Shown piece after piece: positions 48,364-56,394 of a stretch of DNA of 64,000 bases. Position numbers and translations under genes: made by a program. The notes below the pieces were generated by a model that ran no database searches, was not told the DNA's origin, and saw only the letters and a list, made by a program, of their open reading frames with translations. Within the stretch, counting starts at the first letter, position 1. The number at the start of each line of letters is the position of its first letter. This DNA comes from Lachnospiraceae bacterium (GTDB lineage Bacteria; Bacillota; Clostridia; Lachnospirales; Lachnospiraceae): NCBI GenBank assembly GCA_017428105.1, contig JAFRRM010000003.1, positions 12,861 through 76,860 on the forward strand, written 5' to 3'.

Positions 48364-49690
48364 GGATCTCCTCTCCTTTCAGTTCCGCGCTGCGCAGCGT
48401 GACGGCATACCAGCTGATGCCGACGGCGGCGTTCATCCAGGGATTGTAATAGGTAGCGATCAGGAAGCAGACCAGCCCGGCGAAGATCAGGCTCTCCTCT
48501 CCTTCGTCCGGTCTGCGCCGTGCCCGGATCAGCCGGAGGAACGCCAGAGCGGCCGGTGCCAGGTACAGCAGGAGGCCGATCACGCCGCAGCGCATCAGGA
48601 CATCGTGGTAAAAATACTCGTCCTGGCCGTCGCGGGAAGGGGCGACCGCACCGAGCCCGTGGCCGATCAGCGGGGAGGTCCGGATCATTTCCTTCAGTTC
48701 CCGCACGGTCTGCGCCCGCGTCGCGTTCGTGTTTTCCGTGATCTCTTCCATGCTGATCGGACCGTCCTCGACCCAGGTATGCGGGTACGGGATCACGGCG
48801 TTCAGATCCACATGGAAGCAGCGCGCCATGGCGTACTGGAAGCTGCCCTGGCGCAGGAGCAGGTCTTCCGCCGTCATGGCCGCCAGGAAGATCCCGGCCA
48901 GCACCAGCGTCCGCAGGATCACGCGCCGCGGCGGATACTGCCGGCAGAGCACGATCAGCGCGATCACCAGGCCCGCGAACAGCGTCAGATACATGCTGCG
49001 CGTATAAGTAAAGAACAGCGCGATGAAATTCACCAGAAACAGCGCGGCATATTTCACGGAAAAGCGTTCCCGCTTCATCTGCCGGCCCAGGAACAGGACG
49101 CACGCGACGGCCATGTACATGGAGCTGCGGCAGAAGATGCGGACCGCGTTGTATTCCACCGGGAGGAGGGTCCCCCACTGGATCTCCCAGATCCATTCCA
49201 CGAAGTCCGGCAGCGCGTCCGGAGCGATGCCCGCAAAGACGATGTTGAAAACAAGGCAGAGCGCCGCCTGGAAGGTCGCGCCGGCCAGACCGAAATTCAC
49301 GGCGCGGCGCAGGTCTTCTTTATCCCGCGCCAGCACCTGCATCAGCGGGATCAGGCCCAGCCAGGCAAAACCCATGATGTCGGATGCCCACACGCCCGCG
49401 TGATTGCCGTTAAGACGGCCCCGGAACGCTTCCATGGCCAGATACACGAACAGTGCGGCCAGCAGCAGGAACTGCGGCTTTCGGATCTGGTTTTTCAGGT
49501 CCCTGAAATAAAGCGGCAGACCGCAGGCCAGCGTAAGCAGCGTGAGCACGATACGGGGGCTGAACCAGCCGGCCTGAACGTAATGGCCGGCGCCCGAGCA
49601 CGCGATGTCAAAGAGCAGCAGGCACAGAAAGAAAAGCCCCGTTTTCCGCAGCTTCTCCCAGGTCCCTTCTTGCCGCATATTCATCTCCAT
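48356..49690 (-). CDS. Polytopic membrane protein, O-antigen ligase/polymerase (Wzy_C)-like
   Basis: About 11 TM helices with one larger loop. 8-nt overlap with galE. The family assignment is by architecture and context only. Confidence 0.45.
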   Translation of the reverse strand: MEMNMRQEGTWEKLRKTGLFFLCLLLFDIACSGAGHYVQAGWFSPRIVLTLLTLACGLPLYFRDLKNQIRKPQFLLLAALFVYLAMEAFRGRLNGNHAGVWASDIMGFAWLGLIPLMQVLARDKEDLRRAVNFGLAGATFQAALCLVFNIVFAGIAPDALPDFVEWIWEIQWGTLLPVEYNAVRIFCRSSMYMAVACVLFLGRQMKRERFSVKYAALFLVNFIALFFTYTRSMYLTLFAGLVIALIVLCRQYPPRRVILRTLVLAGIFLAAMTAEDLLLRQGSFQYAMARCFHVDLNAVIPYPHTWVEDGPISMEEITENTNATRAQTVRELKEMIRTSPLIGHGLGAVAPSRDGQDEYFYHDVLMRCGVIGLLLYLAPAALAFLRLIRARRRPDEGEESLIFAGLVCFLIATYYNPWMNAAVGISWYAVTLRSAELKGEEIHE

Positions 49691-49752
49691 ACAGTTTCTG
49701 TCCTTTTGTTTATGGCGTCATTATAACGGATGCGCGTTTTCTTTTCAAGTCT

Positions 49753-49781
49753 TTGACAAACGGCGCGCGGCGGGGCATAAT
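49753..49781 (+). promoter_or_regulatory. Candidate sigma-A promoter of the pseudouridine synthase gene
   Basis: TTGACA (49753-49758), 17-nt spacer, CATAAT (49776-49781). Confidence 0.5.
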
Positions 49782-49806
49782 AAAGAAAAACACGCCGGAG
49801 GGGTTC

Positions 49807-50520
49807 ATGGACCGTCTTGACAAGATCATTGCTGAACACAGCCGTTATTCCCGGCGGGAAGCCGCCGATCTGATCCGCCGCGGCCGCGTGACGGTCAACG
49901 GTGCGGCCGTCCGGGACGGCGCCGCCAAATTCGATCCGGAAACGATCCTTCTGACGGTGGAGGGCATCGCTCTTCCGCTGCGGCAGCATCATACCCTGAT
50001 GCTGAACAAACCCGCCGGCTATGTCTCCGCCACGGAGGATCCCCGGGAGAAAACGGTGCTGGAACTGATCCGCGAAGAGGACCGGTATCCCGAACTGTTC
50101 CCGGCGGGGCGCCTGGACAAGGACACCACCGGCCTGCTGCTCCTGACCAGCGACGGGGGTCTCTGCCACCGCATCATTTCGCCCCGGAAAGAGATCTGGA
50201 AAACGTATCTGGTGACCGTGGAAGGACGTCTGGAGGAGGCGGATGCGGCGGCCGTCCGGAACGGCATCCGTCTGCAGAGCGGGGAAGATCTCCTGCCCGG
50301 CGAACTTGTCATTCTGGAAAGTGCCGGTGTTTCCCGCGCCGAGCTCAGGATCCGCGAAGGCAAATTCCATCAGGTCAAGCGCATGATGGCGTCGCTGGGC
50401 AAACCGGTGCTGCACCTTAAGCGCACGGCGGTCGGCGGGCTGGCGCTGGATGAAATGCTGGCGCCGGGCGAATACAAAGCGCTGACGGACCGGGAGATCG
50501 CGCAGATCTTCAACGGATGA
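49807..50520 (+). CDS. RsuA/RluB-family rRNA pseudouridine synthase
   Basis: N-terminal S4 domain (RLDKIIAEHSRYSRREAADLIRRGRVTVNG) and catalytic GRLDKDTTGLLLLT. ATG 49807. Confidence 0.85.
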   Translation: MDRLDKIIAEHSRYSRREAADLIRRGRVTVNGAAVRDGAAKFDPETILLTVEGIALPLRQHHTLMLNKPAGYVSATEDPREKTVLELIREEDRYPELFPAGRLDKDTTGLLLLTSDGGLCHRIISPRKEIWKTYLVTVEGRLEEADAAAVRNGIRLQSGEDLLPGELVILESAGVSRAELRIREGKFHQVKRMMASLGKPVLHLKRTAVGGLALDEMLAPGEYKALTDREIAQIFNG

Positions 50521-50532
50521 CTTTTTCCGGAT

Positions 50533-50562
50533 GCTCTCCGCTGCGGCGGAGAGCCGTTTTTT
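50533..50562 (+). terminator. Intrinsic terminator after the pseudouridine synthase gene
   Basis: GCTCTCCGC / GCGGAGAGC stem, 4-nt loop, then CGTTTTTT. Confidence 0.75.
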
Positions 50563-50652
50563 CTGCTTGCCAGATCGGTCTGTCCGTGCTATTATTTATC
50601 CAAGTTTATCCGGCCATAAACAAATAATAATAACTCAGCGAGGTTCCGACCT

Positions 50653-51600
50653 ATGTTCAGCAACGCCGAATACGTGTATGAGGTGTACAAGGAACGCAGC
50701 TTCTCCCGGGCTGCCCAGAATTTATTCATATCCCAGCCGGCTCTCAGCCTGACGATCAAACGGATCGAAGGCCGCGTCGGGGCGCCGCTCTTCGACCGCA
50801 GCACCAACCCGATCGGGCTGACGGACTGCGGCCAGAAATACATCGAAGTCGTCAAGCAGATGATGGATCTGCAGAACGGTTTCGTCAATTACCTGAACGA
50901 TCTGGAAGGGCTCAAGACAGGCGTCGTGAACGTGGGCGGCAGCAATCTGTTCACCTCCTGCCTGCTTCCCCCGATCATCTCCGAATACAAGAGCCGTTAC
51001 CCGGCCGTGGAGATCAACGTGGTGGAGGCCAACACGCCGCATCTGGACCAGCTGCTGATGGAAGGACGCCTGGACCTGATCCTGGACAATTACGCGTTCG
51101 ACCGGAAGACGCACGATTCGCACCTTTACCGCCAGGAGGAACTGCTGCTCGCCGTGCCCGCCCGGTTCCCCGTCAACCGTCAGCTGAAGGAATACCAGCT
51201 CAGCCGGGACGATGTGATCAGCGGCCGGTTCCGGGAACCGGGGGCTGCGGCCGCCCCGTTCGAATCCTTCCGCGACCTGCCTTTCATCCTGCTGAAAGCC
51301 GGCAACGATACCCGGGACCGCGCCATGTCGACGTTCTTAGAGCATAAGATGCTGCCCAACATCATCCTGGAGCTGGACCAGCAGATGACCTCCTACAACG
51401 TCAGCTGCCAGGGACTGGGCATTTCCTTCGTGTCCGACACCCTGGTCCGCAGCGTCCCGGCGGACCGCCACGTCTGCTATTACAAACTGGATTCCGCGCG
51501 TTCCTGCCGGGATCTGAAGTTCTACCGCAAAAAGGCGAAGTACGTCACGCGTGCCGTACAGGAATTTCTGAACATCGCGGATCAGCTGGCGCAGCAGTGA
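50653..51600 (+). CDS. LysR-family transcriptional regulator
   Basis: N-terminal wHTH (FSRAAQNLFISQPALSLTIKRIE) and a LysR substrate-binding domain. 315 aa. Confidence 0.85.
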   Translation: MFSNAEYVYEVYKERSFSRAAQNLFISQPALSLTIKRIEGRVGAPLFDRSTNPIGLTDCGQKYIEVVKQMMDLQNGFVNYLNDLEGLKTGVVNVGGSNLFTSCLLPPIISEYKSRYPAVEINVVEANTPHLDQLLMEGRLDLILDNYAFDRKTHDSHLYRQEELLLAVPARFPVNRQLKEYQLSRDDVISGRFREPGAAAAPFESFRDLPFILLKAGNDTRDRAMSTFLEHKMLPNIILELDQQMTSYNVSCQGLGISFVSDTLVRSVPADRHVCYYKLDSARSCRDLKFYRKKAKYVTRAVQEFLNIADQLAQQ

Positions 51601-51688
51601 GCAGAGCCGGCGGAAAGCAATGACCGCATAAAGCATCCGGGCGGACTTCATCGGTCCGCCCCGTATTTATATGCATCCGGTCTGCGGA

Positions 51689-52048
51689 TCAGTGCTCTTT
51701 ATTCGGGTACAGGATCAGGGCCATGAATTCCATCGGTCCCTCTCCCACCGCTTCGATGCCGTGGGAATCACCGTCCCGGCACTGCATCATGTCGCCTTCT
51801 TCCAGGAACACTTCCCGGTCGTTGTCCATGACTTTCGCTTTCCCTTTCAGGATGTAATACAGTTCGTATTCCCCGCTGTGCCGGTGAAAGCCGATGGAAT
51901 CGCCCGGCTCCAGGGTGTAGACCGCGAACAGCCGGCCGGCCCCGCAGGCGTCTTCCGGAATCAGGAACTGGCGGCGGCAGAGGATGCCTTCGCCGTTCTG
52001 TACGTGAGCCAGCATGTCGACCGGCTGGTCCAGCTTTCTGATGATCAT
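51689..52048 (-). CDS. Cupin-domain protein
   Basis: 119 aa from ATG 52048 (GGAGG RBS). Cupin motifs GDSIGFHRHSGEYELYYILKG and GDMMQCRDGDSHG. Confidence 0.7.
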   Translation of the reverse strand: MIIRKLDQPVDMLAHVQNGEGILCRRQFLIPEDACGAGRLFAVYTLEPGDSIGFHRHSGEYELYYILKGKAKVMDNDREVFLEEGDMMQCRDGDSHGIEAVGEGPMEFMALILYPNKEH

Positions 52049-52091
52049 TTCGATACCTCCGTTCTTTCTATCGCCTGATGATGCGCAAAGG

Positions 52092-54101
52092 TTACGCTTT
52101 GCTTCCGTTTTTTTTATAAACATTTCCCGTCCGCACGAAGCACCGGTTCAGGTACTCCCGGACGTTGCTTTCTTTCACTTTTTCCACGCGGCGCACCACG
52201 AAGTCCTTCAGTTTCTCCATGTACTCCGCTTCCGTGACCGTGCCTTCCGCAACGCGGGAGAGGCCCAGTTCCCAGCTGGCGGTGAGTTCCGGGCTGAGCA
52301 GCGGCCGGATGGAGGCGTCCACCGTATCGTAGAGCATTTCCCCCAGCTGCGTGGGCGTGATCTGCTGCGTTTTTTTATTCAGTTTCAGATATTCGTTCGT
52401 GACGAGCTTCTTCAGGATCTCCGCGCGGGTGGCGGAGGTGCCGATGCCGGAACCCTTGATCTGGGCGCGCAGGTTCTCGTCCTCGATCAGCTGGCCTGCG
52501 TTTTCCATGGCCAGGATCATCGTGCCGGAATTGTACCGGCGGGGCGGGGACGTTTCGCCGGGCTTGAGGGTGATGGCCGCATCCGGGAACTGCTGTCCTT
52601 TTTTCAGCCCCTCCAGCACGGCCTTGACGGCTTCGCCGTCCTGCTCCTCGGCTTCCTCCCGGTTCCCGTCGTCTTTCTTTGCGGCGGTGCTTTCCTTCTT
52701 CCTGCCGCTGACAGCCAGGTACCCTTCTTCCAGGAGGTTCTTGTATACGGCGAAGAAATGCTCCGTCTCGATCAGGAATTCCAGATTCGTCTTTTCGTAC
52801 ACCGCGGGCGGGAAAAAGATGGCCAGGAAGCGGCGGACGATCATTTCATAAACGGCGCGGGAGCGCGGCGGCAGGCCGGCCAGCGCGTTCAGACCCTGTC
52901 CGGTGGGGATGATCGCATAATGGTCCGTGATCATTTTGTCGTTGGTGTAGCGCGTCTTCGCGATCCCTTTTTCCCAGCCGTTCTCAAGGATCTGCTTTAC
53001 GAAAGGTGCGACGTCCGCGATCTTCCCGAGGCCCGTAATGTTTCCCCGGATCTCTTTGGCCACCGCCGTGGACAGCACGCGGGCATCGGTACGCGGATAG
53101 GTGACCAGTTTTTTCTCATATAATTCCTGCGCGATGTTCAGCGTTTCATCCGGGCTGATCTTCAGTTCGCGGGAGCAGCTGTTCTGCAGTTCCGCCAGGT
53201 TGAACAGCAGCGGCGGATTGTTCTTTTCTTTTCTGCGGCTGACCGAGACCAGCGTGCCGGTCCGGCCCTGCAGCGCGTCCGCCAGGCCTTTCGCGGCGGA
53301 TTCTTCCTTAAAACCGTTTTCCTTGTACAGGGCCGGGCTGCCGTAATAGCGGCTGCCTTCCACGGCGCGCCATTCGGCAGACAAGACGGCGCCGTCCGCA
53401 TTGAATCCGGCGATCAGACGGTAAAACGGCGTCTTGACGAAATCACGGATCTCGCGTTCGCGGCGGACCACCATGCCGAGCACGCAGGTCATGACGCGGC
53501 CGACGGCGAGCTTGGTCTTCCTGCCCAGGAAATCCGAGATCTGATAGCCGTACTTGAGTGCCAGGGCGCGCGAGAAATTGATCCCCATCAGATAGTCTTC
53601 CTTGGCGCGGAGATAGGCCGAATGGGCCAGGTTATCGTAAGCGCTCAGAGGCTTGGCTTCGCGGATGCCGCGGCGGATCTCCGCTTCGGTCTGGGAATCG
53701 ATCCAGACGCGGCGGCGGTCGCGCACCGGGGTCCCGGCCATCTGCTCGACCAGGCGGTAGATATATTCGCCCTCGCGGCCGGAGTCCGTGCAGACGTAGA
53801 TCCGTTCCACGTCGGAGCGGTTCAGCAGGCTTTTCACCGTGCCGAACTGCTTTTTGACGCCGTCGATGACTTCATATAAAAACGTGTCGGGAATGAAGGG
53901 AAGCGTTTCCATCCGCCATTTTTTGAGTTCCGGATCGTAGGCTTCCGGGTAGCTCATGGAAACAAGATGACCCACGCACCAGGTCACGACGGCGCGGTCG
54001 CTCTCCAGATAGCCGTCGCGGCGCACGAAAGAGTCGCCGAGCGCTTTGGCGAATTCCTGGGCCACGGATGGCTTTTCAGCTATGAATAAGGCTTTAGACA
54101 T
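52092..54101 (-). CDS. topB: DNA topoisomerase III (type IA)
   Basis: Toprim N-terminus (LFIAEKPSVA..TDSGREGE) and a type IA core with the catalytic Tyr region (ELYEKKLVTYPRTD). 669 aa with no C-terminal zinc-ribbon repeats. Confidence 0.85.
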   Translation of the reverse strand: MSKALFIAEKPSVAQEFAKALGDSFVRRDGYLESDRAVVTWCVGHLVSMSYPEAYDPELKKWRMETLPFIPDTFLYEVIDGVKKQFGTVKSLLNRSDVERIYVCTDSGREGEYIYRLVEQMAGTPVRDRRRVWIDSQTEAEIRRGIREAKPLSAYDNLAHSAYLRAKEDYLMGINFSRALALKYGYQISDFLGRKTKLAVGRVMTCVLGMVVRREREIRDFVKTPFYRLIAGFNADGAVLSAEWRAVEGSRYYGSPALYKENGFKEESAAKGLADALQGRTGTLVSVSRRKEKNNPPLLFNLAELQNSCSRELKISPDETLNIAQELYEKKLVTYPRTDARVLSTAVAKEIRGNITGLGKIADVAPFVKQILENGWEKGIAKTRYTNDKMITDHYAIIPTGQGLNALAGLPPRSRAVYEMIVRRFLAIFFPPAVYEKTNLEFLIETEHFFAVYKNLLEEGYLAVSGRKKESTAAKKDDGNREEAEEQDGEAVKAVLEGLKKGQQFPDAAITLKPGETSPPRRYNSGTMILAMENAGQLIEDENLRAQIKGSGIGTSATRAEILKKLVTNEYLKLNKKTQQITPTQLGEMLYDTVDASIRPLLSPELTASWELGLSRVAEGTVTEAEYMEKLKDFVVRRVEKVKESNVREYLNRCFVRTGNVYKKNGSKA

Positions 54102-54342
54102 GGGGTCCTATCAGTTTCAGCTTCTGTTCCCGGGTCAGCTGTTTGATCTCGTATTCCCGGGCCATCGCCTGTTCCTTGGTTTCGAATTCCTCGGTATGGA
54201 CCAGTTCCACCGGCAGGTGGGCGCGGGTGTATTTCGCGCCGCGGCCTTCCCGGTGCATCCGGATACGGTGCGCCAGGTCATTGGTCCATCCGGTGTATAA
54301 AGAACCGTCCCCGCAGCGGAGGATGTAGACGTAAGAGCTCAT
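54094..54342 (-). CDS. GIY-YIG (URI-domain) nuclease family protein
   Basis: 82 aa from ATG 54342: YVYILRCGDGSLYTGWTNDL..R..H..GAKYT..E. ATGA overlap with the upstream gene and 8-nt overlap with topB. Confidence 0.85.
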   Translation of the reverse strand: MSSYVYILRCGDGSLYTGWTNDLAHRIRMHREGRGAKYTRAHLPVELVHTEEFETKEQAMAREYEIKQLTREQKLKLIGPHV

Positions 54343-55118
54343 TTCAGTTCGGGGACGCCGCAGCGCGCGAGCAGTTCGTTCAGCGGTTTCTTCCACTGCT
54401 CTTCCAGCAGATCGGACTCGATCCGGTAGTACGTTCCGCTCATACGGATCCAGAGACCGTCCGACGGTTTTTTTATGTTCCCGGAGGAGACGGAAATTTC
54501 ACTGACTGCATAGTGGGTCAGCATTTCTCTCAGAAATCCTGCATCTTCCTCGGAAAGCGCAAAGGTGTCGCCGCGGCCGTCGCGGCAGTCGATCAGGAGG
54601 GCGGTGTCGTCATCGGTCACGGCTCCGCTGCCCTCGGTCATGTTCGCGATCGCTTCGATGGAGTCTGTCGGGCCGACTGCTCCGGGCTGCACGGTATCCG
54701 CTTCTCTCGTTTCGCCGGAGATCACAGCGGTCGGGACCACCGATTTCCGGGTAGCCGTTTCCGTGGTTTCCTCCGACCCCGCCCCGGTCCCGTTCGCAGC
54801 GGGAGATCCCGGCTGTTCGGTCATGGTGGCGGTCGCGCCGGTCTGCCAGCCGACCTGAGTGACTTTCTCATGGCCGACGGAGTTCCGCGTGACGGCGGAA
54901 ATGCCGACGACAAGGACGATCAGCGCGGCGGTCACGCCGGCCAGTTTCCGGAAGGAACCGCGGCGGTACCAGGGAAGCGCGGTCACTTTCGCAGTTTCCT
55001 TTTCGGCCGCAGGGGTCTCGGCCCCGGCGGCTTCCTGCCGCTTCATCGCCTGCAGGATGCGGTCGTGGGCCTCGCTGCTCAGTTCCACCCGGTCCATATA
55101 ATCTTTATATTTCTTCAT
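54339..55118 (-). CDS. Single-pass membrane protein, putative anti-sigma factor
   Basis: About 55-aa cytoplasmic N-terminus, a TM helix (LAGVTAALIVLVVGISAV), a T/G/E-rich linker and a ~90-aa C-terminal domain. 14-nt overlap with the ECF sigma gene. The role is inferred from position only; no zf-HC2 motif is seen. Confidence 0.45.
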   Translation of the reverse strand: MKKYKDYMDRVELSSEAHDRILQAMKRQEAAGAETPAAEKETAKVTALPWYRRGSFRKLAGVTAALIVLVVGISAVTRNSVGHEKVTQVGWQTGATATMTEQPGSPAANGTGAGSEETTETATRKSVVPTAVISGETREADTVQPGAVGPTDSIEAIANMTEGSGAVTDDDTALLIDCRDGRGDTFALSEEDAGFLREMLTHYAVSEISVSSGNIKKPSDGLWIRMSGTYYRIESDLLEEQWKKPLNELLARCGVPELK

Positions 55119-55566
55119 TTTCCAACCACCTTCTCAGCTTCAGGCGTCCTCTGTGCAGGTACGAACGGACCGTGCTCTCTTTCTGGCCCATGATCCGGGC
55201 GATCTCCGCCGTGGAATAATTTTCGTAGTAAAAGAGGTAAATGGCGTCCCGGTAGAGCGGGGGAAGCCGCAGGACTTCTTCGATCAGGTACTGCTCTTCC
55301 TCTTCGCGCGCCGGATAGATGTCCAGCAGCTCGGCCTGGCCGCGGTTGCCCTTCTTCTTGACCAGGTTGGTGCACAGGTTGATCAGGACGCGCAGCAGCC
55401 AGGCTTTCTCATGCTCGTCGGATTCGAACTCCGGACGGGCCTGGAGCCACCGCAGGAACGTCTCCTGCACCATGTCCTCGGCATCCTCGCGGATGCCGGT
55501 GTGGGACAGCGCCACCCGGTACAGCATGTTCTCATATGTGCTAACGATTTCTTCTGCTGTTCTCAA
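55105..55566 (-). CDS. ECF-type (group 4) RNA polymerase sigma factor
   Basis: 153 aa with region 2 (EDAEDMVQETFLRWL) and region 4 HTH (YSTAEIARIMGQKESTVRSYLHRGRLKLR). TTG start after AGAGGTG. Confidence 0.85.
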   Translation of the reverse strand: MRTAEEIVSTYENMLYRVALSHTGIREDAEDMVQETFLRWLQARPEFESDEHEKAWLLRVLINLCTNLVKKKGNRGQAELLDIYPAREEEEQYLIEEVLRLPPLYRDAIYLFYYENYSTAEIARIMGQKESTVRSYLHRGRLKLRRWLENEEI

Positions 55567-55620
55567 AGAAGCACCTCTTTGCCAGGAATACCGCCGAAGG
55601 CGGAAAAATGTTGCATCGTT

Positions 55621-56274
55621 TCAGTCGTTTTGAAGAAATATTTTATCGCCGGAGCGGATGTAGGTCATGTCGCGCACCTTGTCCAGCCGCGCGGTGCCGG
55701 CGGTCAGATCCGCCAGGGCGGCGGCAAACGTCTCTTCCTGAGCGGGAAGCAGGCACACGCGCACGGTGACTTTGTCCAGGAACGTTTCCGACTCGCGCGG
55801 GACGTCCTCCTTAAGCAGCAGGCGGTCCAGCCGGGCATAGTCGCCGTAGCCGATGACGATCTCCCAGAGAGCGCCGGCGTACAGCGTGCCGGAACCGGCA
55901 TGAGACAAAGCATCGGCCGCCGCAGCGCTGTAGGCGCGCGACAGGCCCCCGGTGCCCAGCAGCGTGCCGCCGAAATAGCGGGTGACCACGACCAGCGTGT
56001 CATGCAGGCCGCTGCCCAGGAGAGCGTCCAGGATCGGACGTCCGCCGGTGCCGGAAGGTTCGCCATCGTCGCTGAAGCGTGTCAGCTCGTTGCGCGGCCC
56101 GCAGACGCAGGCATAGCAATGATGCCTGGCCTCCGGATGCGCCTTGCGGCGCGCGGCCAGGATCGTCTGGACCTCTTCTTCGGTTTTGACGGCGCACGCC
56201 GACGCCAGGAAGCGGGAGCGCTTTTCTTCGTAATAGCCCTCGCCCTCTTTCGTCAGCAGCAGGTAAGGTTCCAT
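55621..56274 (-). CDS. YigZ/IMPACT-family protein (UPF0029)
   Basis: 217 aa: EEKRSRFLA..HHCYA..SDDGEPSGTAG-like (DDGEPSGTGGRPIL) signature. Only the 3' 654 nt of the 1001-aa track ORF is credible. Confidence 0.85.
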   Translation of the reverse strand: MEPYLLLTKEGEGYYEEKRSRFLASACAVKTEEEVQTILAARRKAHPEARHHCYACVCGPRNELTRFSDDGEPSGTGGRPILDALLGSGLHDTLVVVTRYFGGTLLGTGGLSRAYSAAAADALSHAGSGTLYAGALWEIVIGYGDYARLDRLLLKEDVPRESETFLDKVTVRVCLLPAQEETFAAALADLTAGTARLDKVRDMTYIRSGDKIFLQND

Positions 56275-56394
56275 GGCTTTCACTCCTGCCCAACAGTTTA
56301 GCAAGAGATCGGCGTTTTGGCAAGGAAAACCGATTTTCAGGAAGCGCTTTATTATTTTCCGCATATCTGCTATAATGCTCGCGGAGGTATGTCC

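Noticed and set aside
52092-54101. topB considered as a marker of an integrative conjugative element or prophage.
   Set aside because: No integrase, relaxase, coupling protein, T4SS or phage genes occur within 10 kb on either side. The flanks are chromosomal housekeeping genes.
55567-55620. A possible autoregulated ECF promoter (TGAAAC / TGCAAC -35-like hexamers on the minus strand).
   Set aside because: No CGT-type -10 lies at the expected 16-17 nt spacing. One hexamer overlaps the yigZ-family stop codon. It is mentioned only as something to test.
56366-56379. A 14-nt identity, TATCTGCTATAATG, shared by the PBP promoter region and the lexA promoter (28871-28884).
   Set aside because: The match is essentially an extended -10 consensus (TGcTATAAT) plus a few flanking bases. 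No SOS box accompanies the PBP copy.
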